NCBI GenBank assembly: GCA_964397635.1
Contig: CAYNJS010000001.1
Coordinates: 1 to 42,929 of the forward strand
Reading direction: 5' to 3'
DNA: 42,929 bases
Origin: an uncultured Gammaproteobacteria bacterium
GTDB taxonomy: Bacteria; Patescibacteriota; Patescibacteriia; JAACEG01
The position numbers and the translations under genes were made by a program. Within the stretch, counting starts at the first letter, position 1, and every line of letters begins with the position of its first letter. The notes beneath the pieces were generated by a model that saw only the letters and a list, made by a program, of their open reading frames with translations, had not been told where the DNA came from and made no database searches. Positions 16,674 through 25,559 of this stretch are shown here, piece by piece.

Positions 16674-17444
16674 ATGGAAAATAAGGAACAAAAAAAGGGG
16701 GCATATAGGCCATTTTCTAGTGAAGATGCTAGTATAAAAAAGAAAATTGCAGGAAGAGAAAAGGGGAAGGCGAAAAAACCTTTCTCAATGACTGTTTTTA
16801 ATGTGGATAAGTTTAAATCATTTTTAAATAAATCCACTAACAAAAAAGCCATACGGGGAAAAAAAGAAGCAATTAAAGAGGGTGAAAAAAATATAGATTT
16901 TATTTTAGAGGAATATTCCGGAGCCCTAAAGGTTAAAATTTTAAAAAAATTCCACTTTTTGTTTTTAATTGCAATATTCCTCTTGATTACAGTTTTTATT
17001 TTTAGGATATTTTTGGATTATAGAAAAATAGAAATTAAAGAAGCTAGCGCTGAACTAGCCAATAAAAATGAACAGTTAAAGATAGAGATTCATAATAATT
17101 TGAAATATAAGAAGGAATCCAGAGATATGGATAATAAATTTAAAAAGCTTGACAAATTGATAAACGGTCATATTTATTGGTCTAATTTATTTGATTTTTT
17201 GGAAAAAAATACTTTAGAAAATGTTTATTATGTTAATTTTGAGAGTAGTGGAACTAGGCAAATTACTCTTCAGGCAAGAGCCGCTTCTTTTGATAATTTG
17301 TCAAAACAACTAGAAACATATGAATCAAGCGATAGGGTTGAGGAGGTTAGAATAGATTCAGCCACCTTAGTTGAGGGTATTGAAGAGGATTATGTTCGAT
17401 TTAACATAGTTTTAACTTTTAAAGATGATTTTTTCTTAAAGTAG
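16674..17444 (+). CDS. pilN: PilN-like bitopic pilus assembly protein
   Basis: ORF 16653-17444 trimmed to the first ATG. Basic cytoplasmic N-terminus, one TM helix (FHFLFLIAIFLLITVFIFRIF), then a coiled-coil and an alpha/beta domain. The call rests on topology and position after pilM; the canonical N-terminal INLLP motif is not evident. Confidence 0.55.
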   Translation: MENKEQKKGAYRPFSSEDASIKKKIAGREKGKAKKPFSMTVFNVDKFKSFLNKSTNKKAIRGKKEAIKEGEKNIDFILEEYSGALKVKILKKFHFLFLIAIFLLITVFIFRIFLDYRKIEIKEASAELANKNEQLKIEIHNNLKYKKESRDMDNKFKKLDKLINGHIYWSNLFDFLEKNTLENVYYVNFESSGTRQITLQARAASFDNLSKQLETYESSDRVEEVRIDSATLVEGIEEDYVRFNIVLTFKDDFFLK

Positions 17445-17456
17445 GCTTAATACATT

Positions 17457-18074
17457 ATGCTTTTAAGTGAAAACAATAATAGAAATAAGACTTACTCATT
17501 TTTATTGAAAAACTTTGATTATTTTATTTTGATATTTGTGTTTTTCTTTGCTTATTTTGTTTACAATCTTTATTTTAAAGATATTTTAATAGAAATAAAT
17601 GAGGTTGAGTCTAGAAAAATGAATTTGGAAAAAGAAGTTTATGAGGAGCAGAAAAATTATTTAAATAGGTTATACGCAACAAAGAGCAGTTTAGATGAAA
17701 TAAGTTCAGATGATTTAAAGAAAGTTCAGACGATTCTACCAGAAAACGATCAAAAGAAAGAGTTATTCCATTACCTTGATAAGTTGATTAAGGAAAATCA
17801 GATGAATCTTCAGTTTATTAAGTTTTCAAATTTAGAGTACAAAAATTATAACGATAGCAAAGGGACAACCAATCAAGAAGATGTTTCTGATAAGGTTTCT
17901 AGATTAAAGATAGATATGAGGGTTAGCGGGGTTACCTACAACAGGTTAAAATTACTTTTAAATTCAATTGAAAATAATTTAAGGTTAATGGATGTTGAAT
18001 TTTTTAATTTTTCTTCCTTGGATAACGGAGAATTAAATTTAAGTGTTATTGCTTATTATGAGCCAGGACAGTAG
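17457..18074 (+). CDS. pilO: PilO-like bitopic pilus assembly protein
   Basis: 205 aa. One TM helix (YFILIFVFFFAYFVYNLYF) followed by a coiled coil. Called from position and topology. Confidence 0.5.
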   Translation: MLLSENNNRNKTYSFLLKNFDYFILIFVFFFAYFVYNLYFKDILIEINEVESRKMNLEKEVYEEQKNYLNRLYATKSSLDEISSDDLKKVQTILPENDQKKELFHYLDKLIKENQMNLQFIKFSNLEYKNYNDSKGTTNQEDVSDKVSRLKIDMRVSGVTYNRLKLLLNSIENNLRLMDVEFFNFSSLDNGELNLSVIAYYEPGQ

Positions 18075-18092
18075 ACTCATTATATAAAATAT

Positions 18093-18440
18093 ATGCAGCT
18101 TTCAGAAAGAGAATTGAAAAAAATAAAAAATAAAATTAAGGGGCTTTTTAGGGTTTTTATCTTGCTCTACGTTTTGTTTGTTGGTTATTATTTATATTAC
18201 ACTTTTATTTGGGATCAAAGAGTTTTTTGGAAGAATCAATTATTTGGAGAGTTAGATTCTAAGATTGTGAATTATGGTTACAGTACAGACGATATTAACG
18301 ATATAATAGTGGCTTTTGATGCAGATTTTATGGAGAGTGTAAAGTATAAAAATTTATCAGAAAAACCATATAAAAATTTATCGAATGATGAATTGGGGAG
18401 GAAAAATCCTTTTGATCCATATAAAAACAACACAGAATGA
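18093..18440 (+). CDS. Small bitopic protein with a C-terminal RKNPFDP motif (PilP-like?)
   Basis: 115 aa. TM helix LFRVFILLYVLFVGYYLYYTFIW. The C-terminal GRKNPFDPY resembles the R(D/N)PF motif seen in PilP/GspC-type pilus accessory proteins. TGA stop. Confidence 0.45.
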   Translation: MQLSERELKKIKNKIKGLFRVFILLYVLFVGYYLYYTFIWDQRVFWKNQLFGELDSKIVNYGYSTDDINDIIVAFDADFMESVKYKNLSEKPYKNLSNDELGRKNPFDPYKNNTE

Positions 18441-18444
18441 ATTT

Positions 18445-20169
18445 ATGATATTTACTAAGAAAAAATTGTTAGATAGATTGGTTAATCTGGGGATTATTTC
18501 ACCAAAAGTTGCTCGAGACAACTACTCTAAAGGGAATCTTGATAAGGTTGAGAATATTTTACTTAAAAAAGAGATTTTAGATGAGGAGGGGCTGGCTAAG
18601 GTAAAAGGAGAGATGCTACATGTTCCTTATATTGATGTTGCAAGTAAGCAAATATCAGCTGAATTGTTAAAGATTTTTTCAATTGATAATTTAGAAGAAT
18701 ATCAGGCCATTCCTTTTTTTAAAAAGGGGGCAGAGGTTAAGATTGGTCTTGTTAATCCTCAGGATGTTAAGTCAACTCAAGCAATAGATTTTTTGGCTAA
18801 AAAAAATAATTTAAAACCCAAATATTTTATTGTCTCCAAGCAGAGTTTTGTTAAGGCTATAAATAAAAGTAAAAATATTGAAGATGAAATAGAAGACGCT
18901 TTGAATAAAGCAAGGGAAGATATTTCTTCTGGTAAAAAGGAAGATTCTAGAGCAGTTGATACTATTAAAAAGGCTCCAATATCTAGAATGGTTTCAGTTA
19001 TAATTAAGCACGCTATTGAGGGTGGAGCATCTGATATTCATATTGAACCAACCCCAAAAACCTCTAGAGTTCGTTATAGAGTAGACGGAGTTTTGCATAC
19101 TTCTCTTGCTTTGCCAATTCATATTCATTCATCTTTGGTGTCTCGGGTTAAAGTTTTGGCTAATTTAAAACTAGACGAAAAGCGCGTGCCGCAAGATGGG
19201 AGGATTAAGTTTAGTATTAACGATAAGGATATAGATTGTAGAGTTTCAATTTTTCCACTACTTGAAAATGAAAAGATAGTTATTAGGATTTTAGACCCAA
19301 GAAGGGGAGCTTTAAAGCTTCGGGACTTAGGTTTTAATAAAAAGCATATTGAGCTTATTGAGGAGGGTATTAAAACAACTGACGGAGCCTTCTTTTTGAC
19401 TGGTCCAACCGGATCCGGCAAAACCACAACTCTTTATTCTATTTTGAATATTTTAAATAAAGAGGGGGTAAATATAGCCACTTTAGAGGATCCAATTGAA
19501 TATTTTATTGAGGGGATAAATCAGTCCCAGGTTAAGCCTGATATAGGCTTTAGTTTTGCTTTTGGACTTCGGTCGTTGCTTCGACAGGATCCAGATATTT
19601 TGATGATTGGCGAGGTCAGGGACAAGGAAACTGCGGATTTGTCTATTCATGCGGCGCTAACGGGACATTTTATTTTATCAACTCTTCATACTAATAGCGC
19701 CCTTGGAACCTTGCCAAGGCTAATTGATTTAGGGGTGGATTATTTTTTACTGGGTCCAGCGGTGAGGATTGTTATTGCTCAAAGGTTGGTAAGAAAAATC
19801 TGTGAAAAATGTAAAGTAGAGTCACTAATTGGAGAAGAATTAAAAGCAAAGGTGTTAGAAGAGATAAAAAATACCCCAAAAGAATACTTAGAAATAGAGG
19901 GAATTAGCGGGAGTGACTTAAAATTTTACAAAGGCAAAGGGTGTCCGGTTTGTGATAATACTGGATATAAATCCCGCATGGTTATAGCCGAAATTTTAAC
20001 AATAAATGAAGAGTTAAGCAATATAATTTCTACTGGTTATGACAAGGCTAAAATTAGAGAATATGTAAGTAAGCAAGGGGTGATATCGATTAAACAAGAC
20101 GGTATATTAAAAGCCTTAAAAGGGCTTACTTCACTAGAGGAAGTTATAAGAACAACTAAAAATAGATAA
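18445..20169 (+). CDS. pilB: Type IV pilus extension ATPase PilB (GspE family)
   Basis: ORF trimmed to the ATG 5 nt after the previous stop. T2SE_N-like N-terminus, Walker A GPTGSGKTT, Asp box EDPIEY, Walker B DPDILMIGEVRD, His box TGHFILSTLHTN, tetra-Cys CEKC...CPVCDNTGY. Confidence 0.93.
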   Translation: MIFTKKKLLDRLVNLGIISPKVARDNYSKGNLDKVENILLKKEILDEEGLAKVKGEMLHVPYIDVASKQISAELLKIFSIDNLEEYQAIPFFKKGAEVKIGLVNPQDVKSTQAIDFLAKKNNLKPKYFIVSKQSFVKAINKSKNIEDEIEDALNKAREDISSGKKEDSRAVDTIKKAPISRMVSVIIKHAIEGGASDIHIEPTPKTSRVRYRVDGVLHTSLALPIHIHSSLVSRVKVLANLKLDEKRVPQDGRIKFSINDKDIDCRVSIFPLLENEKIVIRILDPRRGALKLRDLGFNKKHIELIEEGIKTTDGAFFLTGPTGSGKTTTLYSILNILNKEGVNIATLEDPIEYFIEGINQSQVKPDIGFSFAFGLRSLLRQDPDILMIGEVRDKETADLSIHAALTGHFILSTLHTNSALGTLPRLIDLGVDYFLLGPAVRIVIAQRLVRKICEKCKVESLIGEELKAKVLEEIKNTPKEYLEIEGISGSDLKFYKGKGCPVCDNTGYKSRMVIAEILTINEELSNIISTGYDKAKIREYVSKQGVISIKQDGILKALKGLTSLEEVIRTTKNR

Positions 20170-20274
20170 GATTTAAAAACAAAAAGATTAAAATATTTAA
20201 AGATTAAAAAATATAGCTTAAGATTAGCGATTTAAGAATAAGGGATGTAGAAAAAGTTTTAAAGGTAAATAAAT

Positions 20275-20309
20275 AAAAATCTAAAATCGTAAATCTAAAA
20301 TCTAAAATT
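20275..20309 (+). repeat. Heptad-periodic AU-rich leader immediately 5' of the receiver gene
   Basis: AAAATCT-AAAATCG-TAAATCT-AAAATCT-AAAATTA, ending 6 nt before the ATG. No Shine-Dalgarno sequence. Confidence 0.7.
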
Positions 20310-20315
20310 AATTAT

Positions 20316-20696
20316 ATGGCTAAAAATCAAGTAAAAAAAGTTTTAATAGTTGAGGACGATGTTTTTTTGTCTAATATTTATAATAAAAAATTTACTAACG
20401 AAGGCTTTGAAGTTTATACCGCCTCTGACGGTAAAAAAGCAGTAATTATAATTAAGCAAAAGAAACCAGATATAATTTTACTTGATATAATGTTGCCCCA
20501 AATGGACGGATTTGAGGTATTAGAAGAGATTAAAAAAGATCCAGAGGTTAAAGATATTCCAGTTATCTTATTAACAAACATTAATGAGCAAGATGGGATT
20601 AAAAAAGGGTATGACTTAGGGGCAAAGGATTATATTATTAAAACATTTTTCACACCAAGCGAGATTGTGGATAAAGTAAAAAAATTTATAAATTAA
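20316..20696 (+). CDS. Stand-alone CheY-like receiver domain protein
   Basis: 126 aa. Acidic pocket EDD, phospho-acceptor D in ILLDIMLP, T in LLTN, K in YIIKTF. No output domain. Confidence 0.85.
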   Translation: MAKNQVKKVLIVEDDVFLSNIYNKKFTNEGFEVYTASDGKKAVIIIKQKKPDIILLDIMLPQMDGFEVLEEIKKDPEVKDIPVILLTNINEQDGIKKGYDLGAKDYIIKTFFTPSEIVDKVKKFIN

Positions 20697-20706
20697 GGAG
20701 GAAAAA

Positions 20707-21918
20707 ATGCCTTTTTTTCGTTACAAAGTAAAAGACGGGCAAGGTAAATCTTTAGCAGGCATTATCGAGGCTTATGATCAGGATATGGCGGTTGACACAT
20801 TAAATGATCAAGGTTTTATTATTATAAAGATCGTCAAAAGAGATAGGATAAGAGCCTTTGATAATCTTATTAGTAGAATTTTTCATAGTATTAAGAAGAG
20901 GGATGTTATTTTTTTATTGGAGCAATTATCAATTCTTATTTCGGCTAATATAGCCATAGTCCAGTCACTGAGAATTATTGAAAAACAAACCCACCATGCA
21001 TATTTAAGAAAGGTTATTCTTGATATAGCCGATAAAATAGAAAGTGGCAACAAAATATCAAAATCTTTTGCTAAGTATCCAGAAATTTTTAATAATTTTT
21101 TTATAAAGATGGTAGAGTCTGGCGAGGCTTCTGGTAAATTAGAAGATACTTTATTATTTTTAGCTGATCAAGAAGAAAAAAAGTACCTCCTTCGAAGAAA
21201 GATAAGAAATGCTATGATTTATCCTGTTTTTATTTTATTCACGCTTTTCTTCGTTGGGATAATAATGCTTTCTTTTGTTGTTCCGAATATTGCTGTTATT
21301 TTTGCCGAAGCTGGAGTTCCTTGGCCGTTTTCAATTAAAGTTTTAATGATTCTTAATAATATAATTTTCTCTTTTTGGTGGATATTTGTTTTTTTTATCG
21401 GCGGTATTTTTTATATACTTTATATGTATTATAAGACATATGGCGGAAAGGTTTTCTTTGATTCTTTAATGTTGAAGATTCCAGCCATTGGGCCGCTACT
21501 TAGAAAATTTTATTTAGTCCAATTTTCCAGAAGTTTTTATACGTTAGTTTCAGGCGGAGTTGGTGTTAGCAGTTCTTTTAAATTATCTAAAGAATCAGTG
21601 GAAAATATTGTTTATCAAGAATTAATTGAAAAAGCAGCCAGGGAGGTCGAGGACGGTAATTCAATTGCTAATGTTTTTTTAAAGAGCAGTTTGATTCCGC
21701 CGATGTATGGCCATATGATAAACGTGGGAGAAGAGTCGGGAAGATTGTCGTCCGTTTTGGAAAAGTTAATTAATTTTTATACAAATGATATTGAAGACAG
21801 TATTAAAAATGCTATAACCTTATTTGAACCAGTGGTTATGATAATTATTGGAATAGCCGTTGGCTTGCTTATATCCACAGTTATTATGCCTGTTTATAAC
21901 CTTTCCTTAGCTTTCTAA
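20707..21918 (+). CDS. pilC: Type IV pilus platform protein PilC (GspF family)
   Basis: 403 aa. Duplicated GspF-type cytoplasmic domains separated by TM helices. Strong SD (AAGGAGG) 7 nt upstream. Confidence 0.9.
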   Translation: MPFFRYKVKDGQGKSLAGIIEAYDQDMAVDTLNDQGFIIIKIVKRDRIRAFDNLISRIFHSIKKRDVIFLLEQLSILISANIAIVQSLRIIEKQTHHAYLRKVILDIADKIESGNKISKSFAKYPEIFNNFFIKMVESGEASGKLEDTLLFLADQEEKKYLLRRKIRNAMIYPVFILFTLFFVGIIMLSFVVPNIAVIFAEAGVPWPFSIKVLMILNNIIFSFWWIFVFFIGGIFYILYMYYKTYGGKVFFDSLMLKIPAIGPLLRKFYLVQFSRSFYTLVSGGVGVSSSFKLSKESVENIVYQELIEKAAREVEDGNSIANVFLKSSLIPPMYGHMINVGEESGRLSSVLEKLINFYTNDIEDSIKNAITLFEPVVMIIIGIAVGLLISTVIMPVYNLSLAF

Positions 21919-21962
21919 AACAAAATTTACAATTATTTTTAAATTTTGTATATATATTATTT

Positions 21963-21973
21963 TGTGCTATAAT
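21963..21973 (+). promoter_or_regulatory. Extended -10 promoter for the major pilin gene
   Basis: TGTGCTATAAT (TGn-TATAAT). The identical 11-mer occurs at 32808-32818. A strong SD (GGAAGGGGGTG) follows, 8-18 nt before the ATG. Confidence 0.6.
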
Positions 21974-22012
21974 TAATTAATAAAAATATATCTGGAAGGG
22001 GGTGAAAAAATA

Positions 22013-22585
22013 ATGAAAAAACTTAACAAACGAGGTTTTACTCTTATCGAGCTTTTAGTAGTAGTAGCTATTATTGGTCTGCTTTCTACTATGGCTGTAA
22101 TTGCTCTTGGTAATGCAAGGCAAAAAGCGCGTGATGCAAGACGTCAATCTGATTTAAAAATTTTGCAAACCGCAGTTGAGCTTTATGTTAGTGATAATGG
22201 CGCAGTTCCAACTCCAGCTACAGTTGATGCCTGGGATGGACCAACTGCAGGTGCTGATGAAAGCTTAGAAACAATTTTAGCAGGATATCTTCCAGGCGGA
22301 CTTCCAGAAGATCCGTCAACCACAGCAAGAGATTGGATTTACTGTTGGAACGCTACTAATGGAACTTATTTAATCGCTACTACCTTGGAACAAGTTCCAA
22401 CTGGCGGTGTAGCCGGAGATCTTGATTCTGTTTCTAATTGGCTTGCAACTGAATGCATAGCATCTGATGATGGGCTTGCTCCAGCAGCGGTGCCTGGTTG
22501 CAGTGATGCTACCGGTCAAATTGATGACAATGGTGATGGAGTTGCTTCCGTGACAGCTGTTTGTTTAGGCCAAGACGATGCCTAA
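22013..22585 (+). CDS. Major type IV pilin (class III signal peptide)
   Basis: 190 aa. MKKLNKRG/FTLIELLVVVAIIGLLSTMAVIAL prepilin leader with E at +5. C-terminal domain is A/G/D/T/P-rich with 4 Cys. It has its own promoter and a strong terminator. Confidence 0.9.
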   Translation: MKKLNKRGFTLIELLVVVAIIGLLSTMAVIALGNARQKARDARRQSDLKILQTAVELYVSDNGAVPTPATVDAWDGPTAGADESLETILAGYLPGGLPEDPSTTARDWIYCWNATNGTYLIATTLEQVPTGGVAGDLDSVSNWLATECIASDDGLAPAAVPGCSDATGQIDDNGDGVASVTAVCLGQDDA

Positions 22586-22635
22586 TCTTCAAAACAATCA
22601 AAAATTTTTGATTGTATTATCATATAATACAATTT

Positions 22636-22685
22636 AAACAACCTCGCTTCCGCCATCCGGCGGATAGCGTGGTTGTTTTTGTTTT
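22636..22685 (+). terminator. Strong rho-independent terminator after the pilin gene
   Basis: AAACAACC...TCCGCC-ATCC-GGCGGA...GGTTGTTT extended stem followed by TTGTTTT. Confidence 0.8.
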
Positions 22686-22735
22686 AAAAGGTTTAATTTA
22701 GCCTGAAAATTTAGTTTGTTTTAAGGCTTTAAATA

Positions 22736-22744
22736 TGATACAAT
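22736..22744 (+). promoter_or_regulatory. Extended -10 promoter candidate for pilD
   Basis: TGaTACAAT, about 80 nt upstream of the pilD ATG. Confidence 0.35.
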
Positions 22745-22825
22745 AATAATAAATAAAATTTAAAGTTATAAATTAGAATGTTAATCATTTTGATTTTTGA
22801 TATTTAAATTTTGATTTTTTATCTT

Positions 22826-23659
22826 ATGTCCCCCGACTTATTCTTCCTAATATTTTTCTTTATTATCGGGCTAATCGCGGGTAGTTTTTTGAATGTACTG
22901 ATTTTTAGAATTTATTATAAAAAACCTTTTGCCAAAGGAAGAAGTTATTGTCCGAAATGCAAAAAACAAATTAGCTGGAAGGACAATATCCCTGTTATCA
23001 GTTTTTTAATTCTTAGGGGAAAGTGTAGAAATTGTGGTAAGAAAATTTCTTGGCAATACCCAATAATAGAGCTAGTGACAGGCGTAGTGTTTGTAATAGT
23101 ATTTTACACGCATTATGTTTCTTATTTTGAATCTTTAAATAATTTCCAATTTCCAATTTCCAATTTCCAAATATTTTTTAATTTTGAATTTTTAGTTATT
23201 TTATTTCGCGATTTATTCATTGTATCGGCTTTAGTGGTAGTTTTTGTTCAAGATTTTAATTGGTATATTATCTTAGACAGGGTTATCTTGCCGTCAACAG
23301 TTATAGTTTTTGCTTTAAATGTTTTATTGGGGTATGATTTTTTGAATTTGATTTTGGGAGCCTTTATTGCGGGAGGCTTTTTTTATTTACAATTTATGAT
23401 TTCAAATGGTAGATGGATTGGCGGTGGCGATATTAGGCTAGGGTTATTTATGGGGGTTAGTCTTGGTTTCCCCCTGGTTTTAGTAGCGCTTTTTTTATCT
23501 TATATAACGGGATCTATTATTGGAATTTTTTTAATATTAGTTGGCAAAAAGAGCATGGGGTCTAAGTTGCCATTTGGAACCTTTCTAGCCCCGGCAACTT
23601 TGTTTACCTTGTTTTGGGGGCAAAACCTTTTAAATTGGTATGTTAGCCTTTTTATATAA
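22826..23659 (+). CDS. pilD: Prepilin peptidase PilD (A24 family)
   Basis: ORF trimmed to the first ATG. Zinc-binding CPKC...CRNC N-terminal module, multiple TM helices, catalytic Asp contexts VQDFNWYIILD and GGGDIRLG. Confidence 0.88.
   Translation: MSPDLFFLIFFFIIGLIAGSFLNVLIFRIYYKKPFAKGRSYCPKCKKQISWKDNIPVISFLILRGKCRNCGKKISWQYPIIELVTGVVFVIVFYTHYVSYFESLNNFQFPISNFQIFFNFEFLVILFRDLFIVSALVVVFVQDFNWYIILDRVILPSTVIVFALNVLLGYDFLNLILGAFIAGGFFYLQFMISNGRWIGGGDIRLGLFMGVSLGFPLVLVALFLSYITGSIIGIFLILVGKKSMGSKLPFGTFLAPATLFTLFWGQNLLNWYVSLFI
23141..23168 (+). repeat. Perfect 4 x 7-nt tandem repeat (AATTTCC) inside pilD
   Basis: AATTTCC repeated exactly four times, encoding NFQFPISNFQ. Confidence 0.9.
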
Positions 23660-23661
23660 TA

Positions 23662-23797
23662 AATTATTGCTGCAATTTCCATCTTTATGGCAAATTTTCT
23701 ATAAAAATCTTTGGCCTATGCTACGGCATAAGCAAAAAATTTTTCTTAATAAATTTTCTCAAAATATGAAAACTTCGCTAAACAATTTATTATATAA
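23662..23797 (+). repeat. Direct repeat R1 (left flank of the minor-pilin module)
   Basis: Shares with 27131-27232 the blocks CTGCAATTTCCAT, an exact 26-mer TTTTTCTTAATAAATTTTCTCAAAAT (23740-23765 versus 27164-27189), and ACAAyTTATTATAT. R1 carries an extra hairpin insert TATGC-TACG-GCATA. Confidence 0.8.
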
Positions 23798-23828
23798 AAA
23801 GACTATTAATTTATTTGTCTGGTAAATT

Positions 23829-24404
23829 ATGTCTTTAGGAAAACTACAAACTACAAACTACAAACTACAAACTAACCAGGGTGGTTTTTCAATGATTGAG
23901 ATGCTTATTGTGTTAACCGTAGTTGTTTTAATTTCTATTGGTTTTTTCTATAAATTTAGGATAAACAAGCAAACCATTACAGAAATTGCCGCCAAAGAGA
24001 TGGTTTATTCAATCAAGGAAGTAAAGCAAAAAATATTAAGCGGTGACCTTGTTGATATTAAGGCTAATAAGGGCTGTATAGATAACAAGTGTATTTTGGG
24101 GGTAAATTTTTTAGGGGGTAAAACTTATAGAATTTTTATAGAGAAGAGTAATCCGCCAGATTATAGTTTTGGCAAAGAAGACATACTTTTAGAGGAGAAA
24201 TATTTACCACAGGGAATAAGTTATTTAACCGATGATTTTAGGGATATTTTTTTTGAATCACCTTATGGTGTTTTTCAAGCAAGGGGCATAAATGGGCTTT
24301 TAACAGATTGTTCTTATGAATGTCTTTTAACAGTTGTCCCAGACGAAGGCGGCAGAGAGGCTCAAATAAAAATAAATTATCAAGGCCTTATTTATGTTGA
24401 TTAA
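23829..24404 (+). CDS. Minor (pseudo)pilin
   Basis: 191 aa. Leader MSLGKLQTTNYKLQTNQGG/FSMIEMLIVLTVVVLISIGF with E at +5. Confidence 0.8.
   Translation: MSLGKLQTTNYKLQTNQGGFSMIEMLIVLTVVVLISIGFFYKFRINKQTITEIAAKEMVYSIKEVKQKILSGDLVDIKANKGCIDNKCILGVNFLGGKTYRIFIEKSNPPDYSFGKEDILLEEKYLPQGISYLTDDFRDIFFESPYGVFQARGINGLLTDCSYECLLTVVPDEGGREAQIKINYQGLIYVD
23841..23868 (+). repeat. 3.9 x 7-nt tandem repeat (AAACTAC) in the leader-peptide codons of the minor pilin
   Basis: AAACTAC-AAACTAC-AAACTAC-AAACTAA, 12 nt after the ATG and upstream of the G/F cleavage site. Confidence 0.9.
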
Positions 24405-25017
24405 GAGAAGTAAAAAAGGATACAGTTTGCTCGAAACCATTATAGGGATAACTATTTTAAGTATAGGTATTTTATCGGTTTTATCTATTTCAGTAAAAAT
24501 GATTTCTGCTCAGGATTATGTAAAAAACAGGCAGCAAGCTACTTTATTTGCAGTGGAAGGCTTGGAAGTGTTGAAGATAAAATTAGAGGATAATTTTTTA
24601 AAGTGCAAGAGTAGCGAAGAGAATTATTTAAATGAATCTTGGAGTTGTTGGGGGGATATTCTATTTGCGGGAGATAATTGTCTTTGTAGTGGTGATCCGG
24701 GCGTTTTTTCTGTTGATAAAAGTTATGTTTTAAATTTTAATTCTAACAACTGGGTTATTCAGCCAACTTCATTCAACTCTTGGAATAAAATTTATTATAA
24801 CTGTTTAGATTCAGGGCTTTGTTATTATTCTCATAACCAAGAAAATTTAAACTCAAAGGAAACTATTTATGAGAGAAATATTACGTTACTTGGGGCAGAG
24901 GATTATAATGGTGATTATCACGATGATTTAATTAAGGTTAAGTCATCTGTTAGATGGAAGGATATGGGGAGATATAAACAAGTAACATTAATAACAGATT
25001 TTTATAATTGGCGATGA
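24394..25017 (+). CDS. Minor pilin
   Basis: 207 aa. MLIKRSKKG/YSLLETIIGITILSIGIL prepilin N-terminus. Overlaps the upstream gene by 11 nt. Confidence 0.8.
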   Translation: MLIKRSKKGYSLLETIIGITILSIGILSVLSISVKMISAQDYVKNRQQATLFAVEGLEVLKIKLEDNFLKCKSSEENYLNESWSCWGDILFAGDNCLCSGDPGVFSVDKSYVLNFNSNNWVIQPTSFNSWNKIYYNCLDSGLCYYSHNQENLNSKETIYERNITLLGAEDYNGDYHDDLIKVKSSVRWKDMGRYKQVTLITDFYNWR

Positions 25018-25559
25018 AAAATAAATTGAACACAAAAGGAAGCACGCTTGTTATTTCACTTATAATTTTATCGGTTCTTTTGACTGTGGGAATGATTGTT
25101 TCTAATATTATTGTTAGGGATATTTCTTTGGATCGTAATTTTAGCAATGGCGAGCAGGCTTATTTTGCCGCTGAGAGTGGTTTAAAGAGATCTTTGTGGC
25201 TTATTAAAAATGATATTTTTAGTAATAGTGATGCCGACATTTTTCAAGGTATAAACTTTATTCCTTATGTTGATAGTGTTATAGATATGTGTCCTGATTT
25301 TTGGGATAAGGACAGTAATTGTCCTTGTCCTATCTCTCCTTATGGTGAGGCCTGTAATAGCTTTAATGATAAAAATTTAATTCTTTCTGGTGAGTTATCC
25401 GATGATGGATATACTTACGATGTTTATATAAAAATTAATTATGCCGACGATAGCGAAGATAATTTTAATAGAATGGTTTATATAATATCTGTTGGTAAAT
25501 TTCGTAATGTAGAGAAAACATTAGAATATAGTATGTGCTTAGGTGAGAATTGTTTATGA
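25014..25559 (+). CDS. PilX-like minor pilin
   Basis: Start moved to the ATG in an ATGA overlap with the previous stop. N-terminus MKNKLNTKG/STLVISLIILSVLLTVGMIV is PilX_N-like, with no E at +5. Confidence 0.7.
   Translation: MKNKLNTKGSTLVISLIILSVLLTVGMIVSNIIVRDISLDRNFSNGEQAYFAAESGLKRSLWLIKNDIFSNSDADIFQGINFIPYVDSVIDMCPDFWDKDSNCPCPISPYGEACNSFNDKNLILSGELSDDGYTYDVYIKINYADDSEDNFNRMVYIISVGKFRNVEKTLEYSMCLGENCL

Noticed and set aside
23640-23825. A 61-aa ORF between pilD and the first minor pilin, and the minus-strand ORF 23500-23682.
   Set aside because: They fall in or across direct repeat R1. The equivalent region of R2 has no matching ORF, so conservation is at the nucleotide level rather than the protein level.
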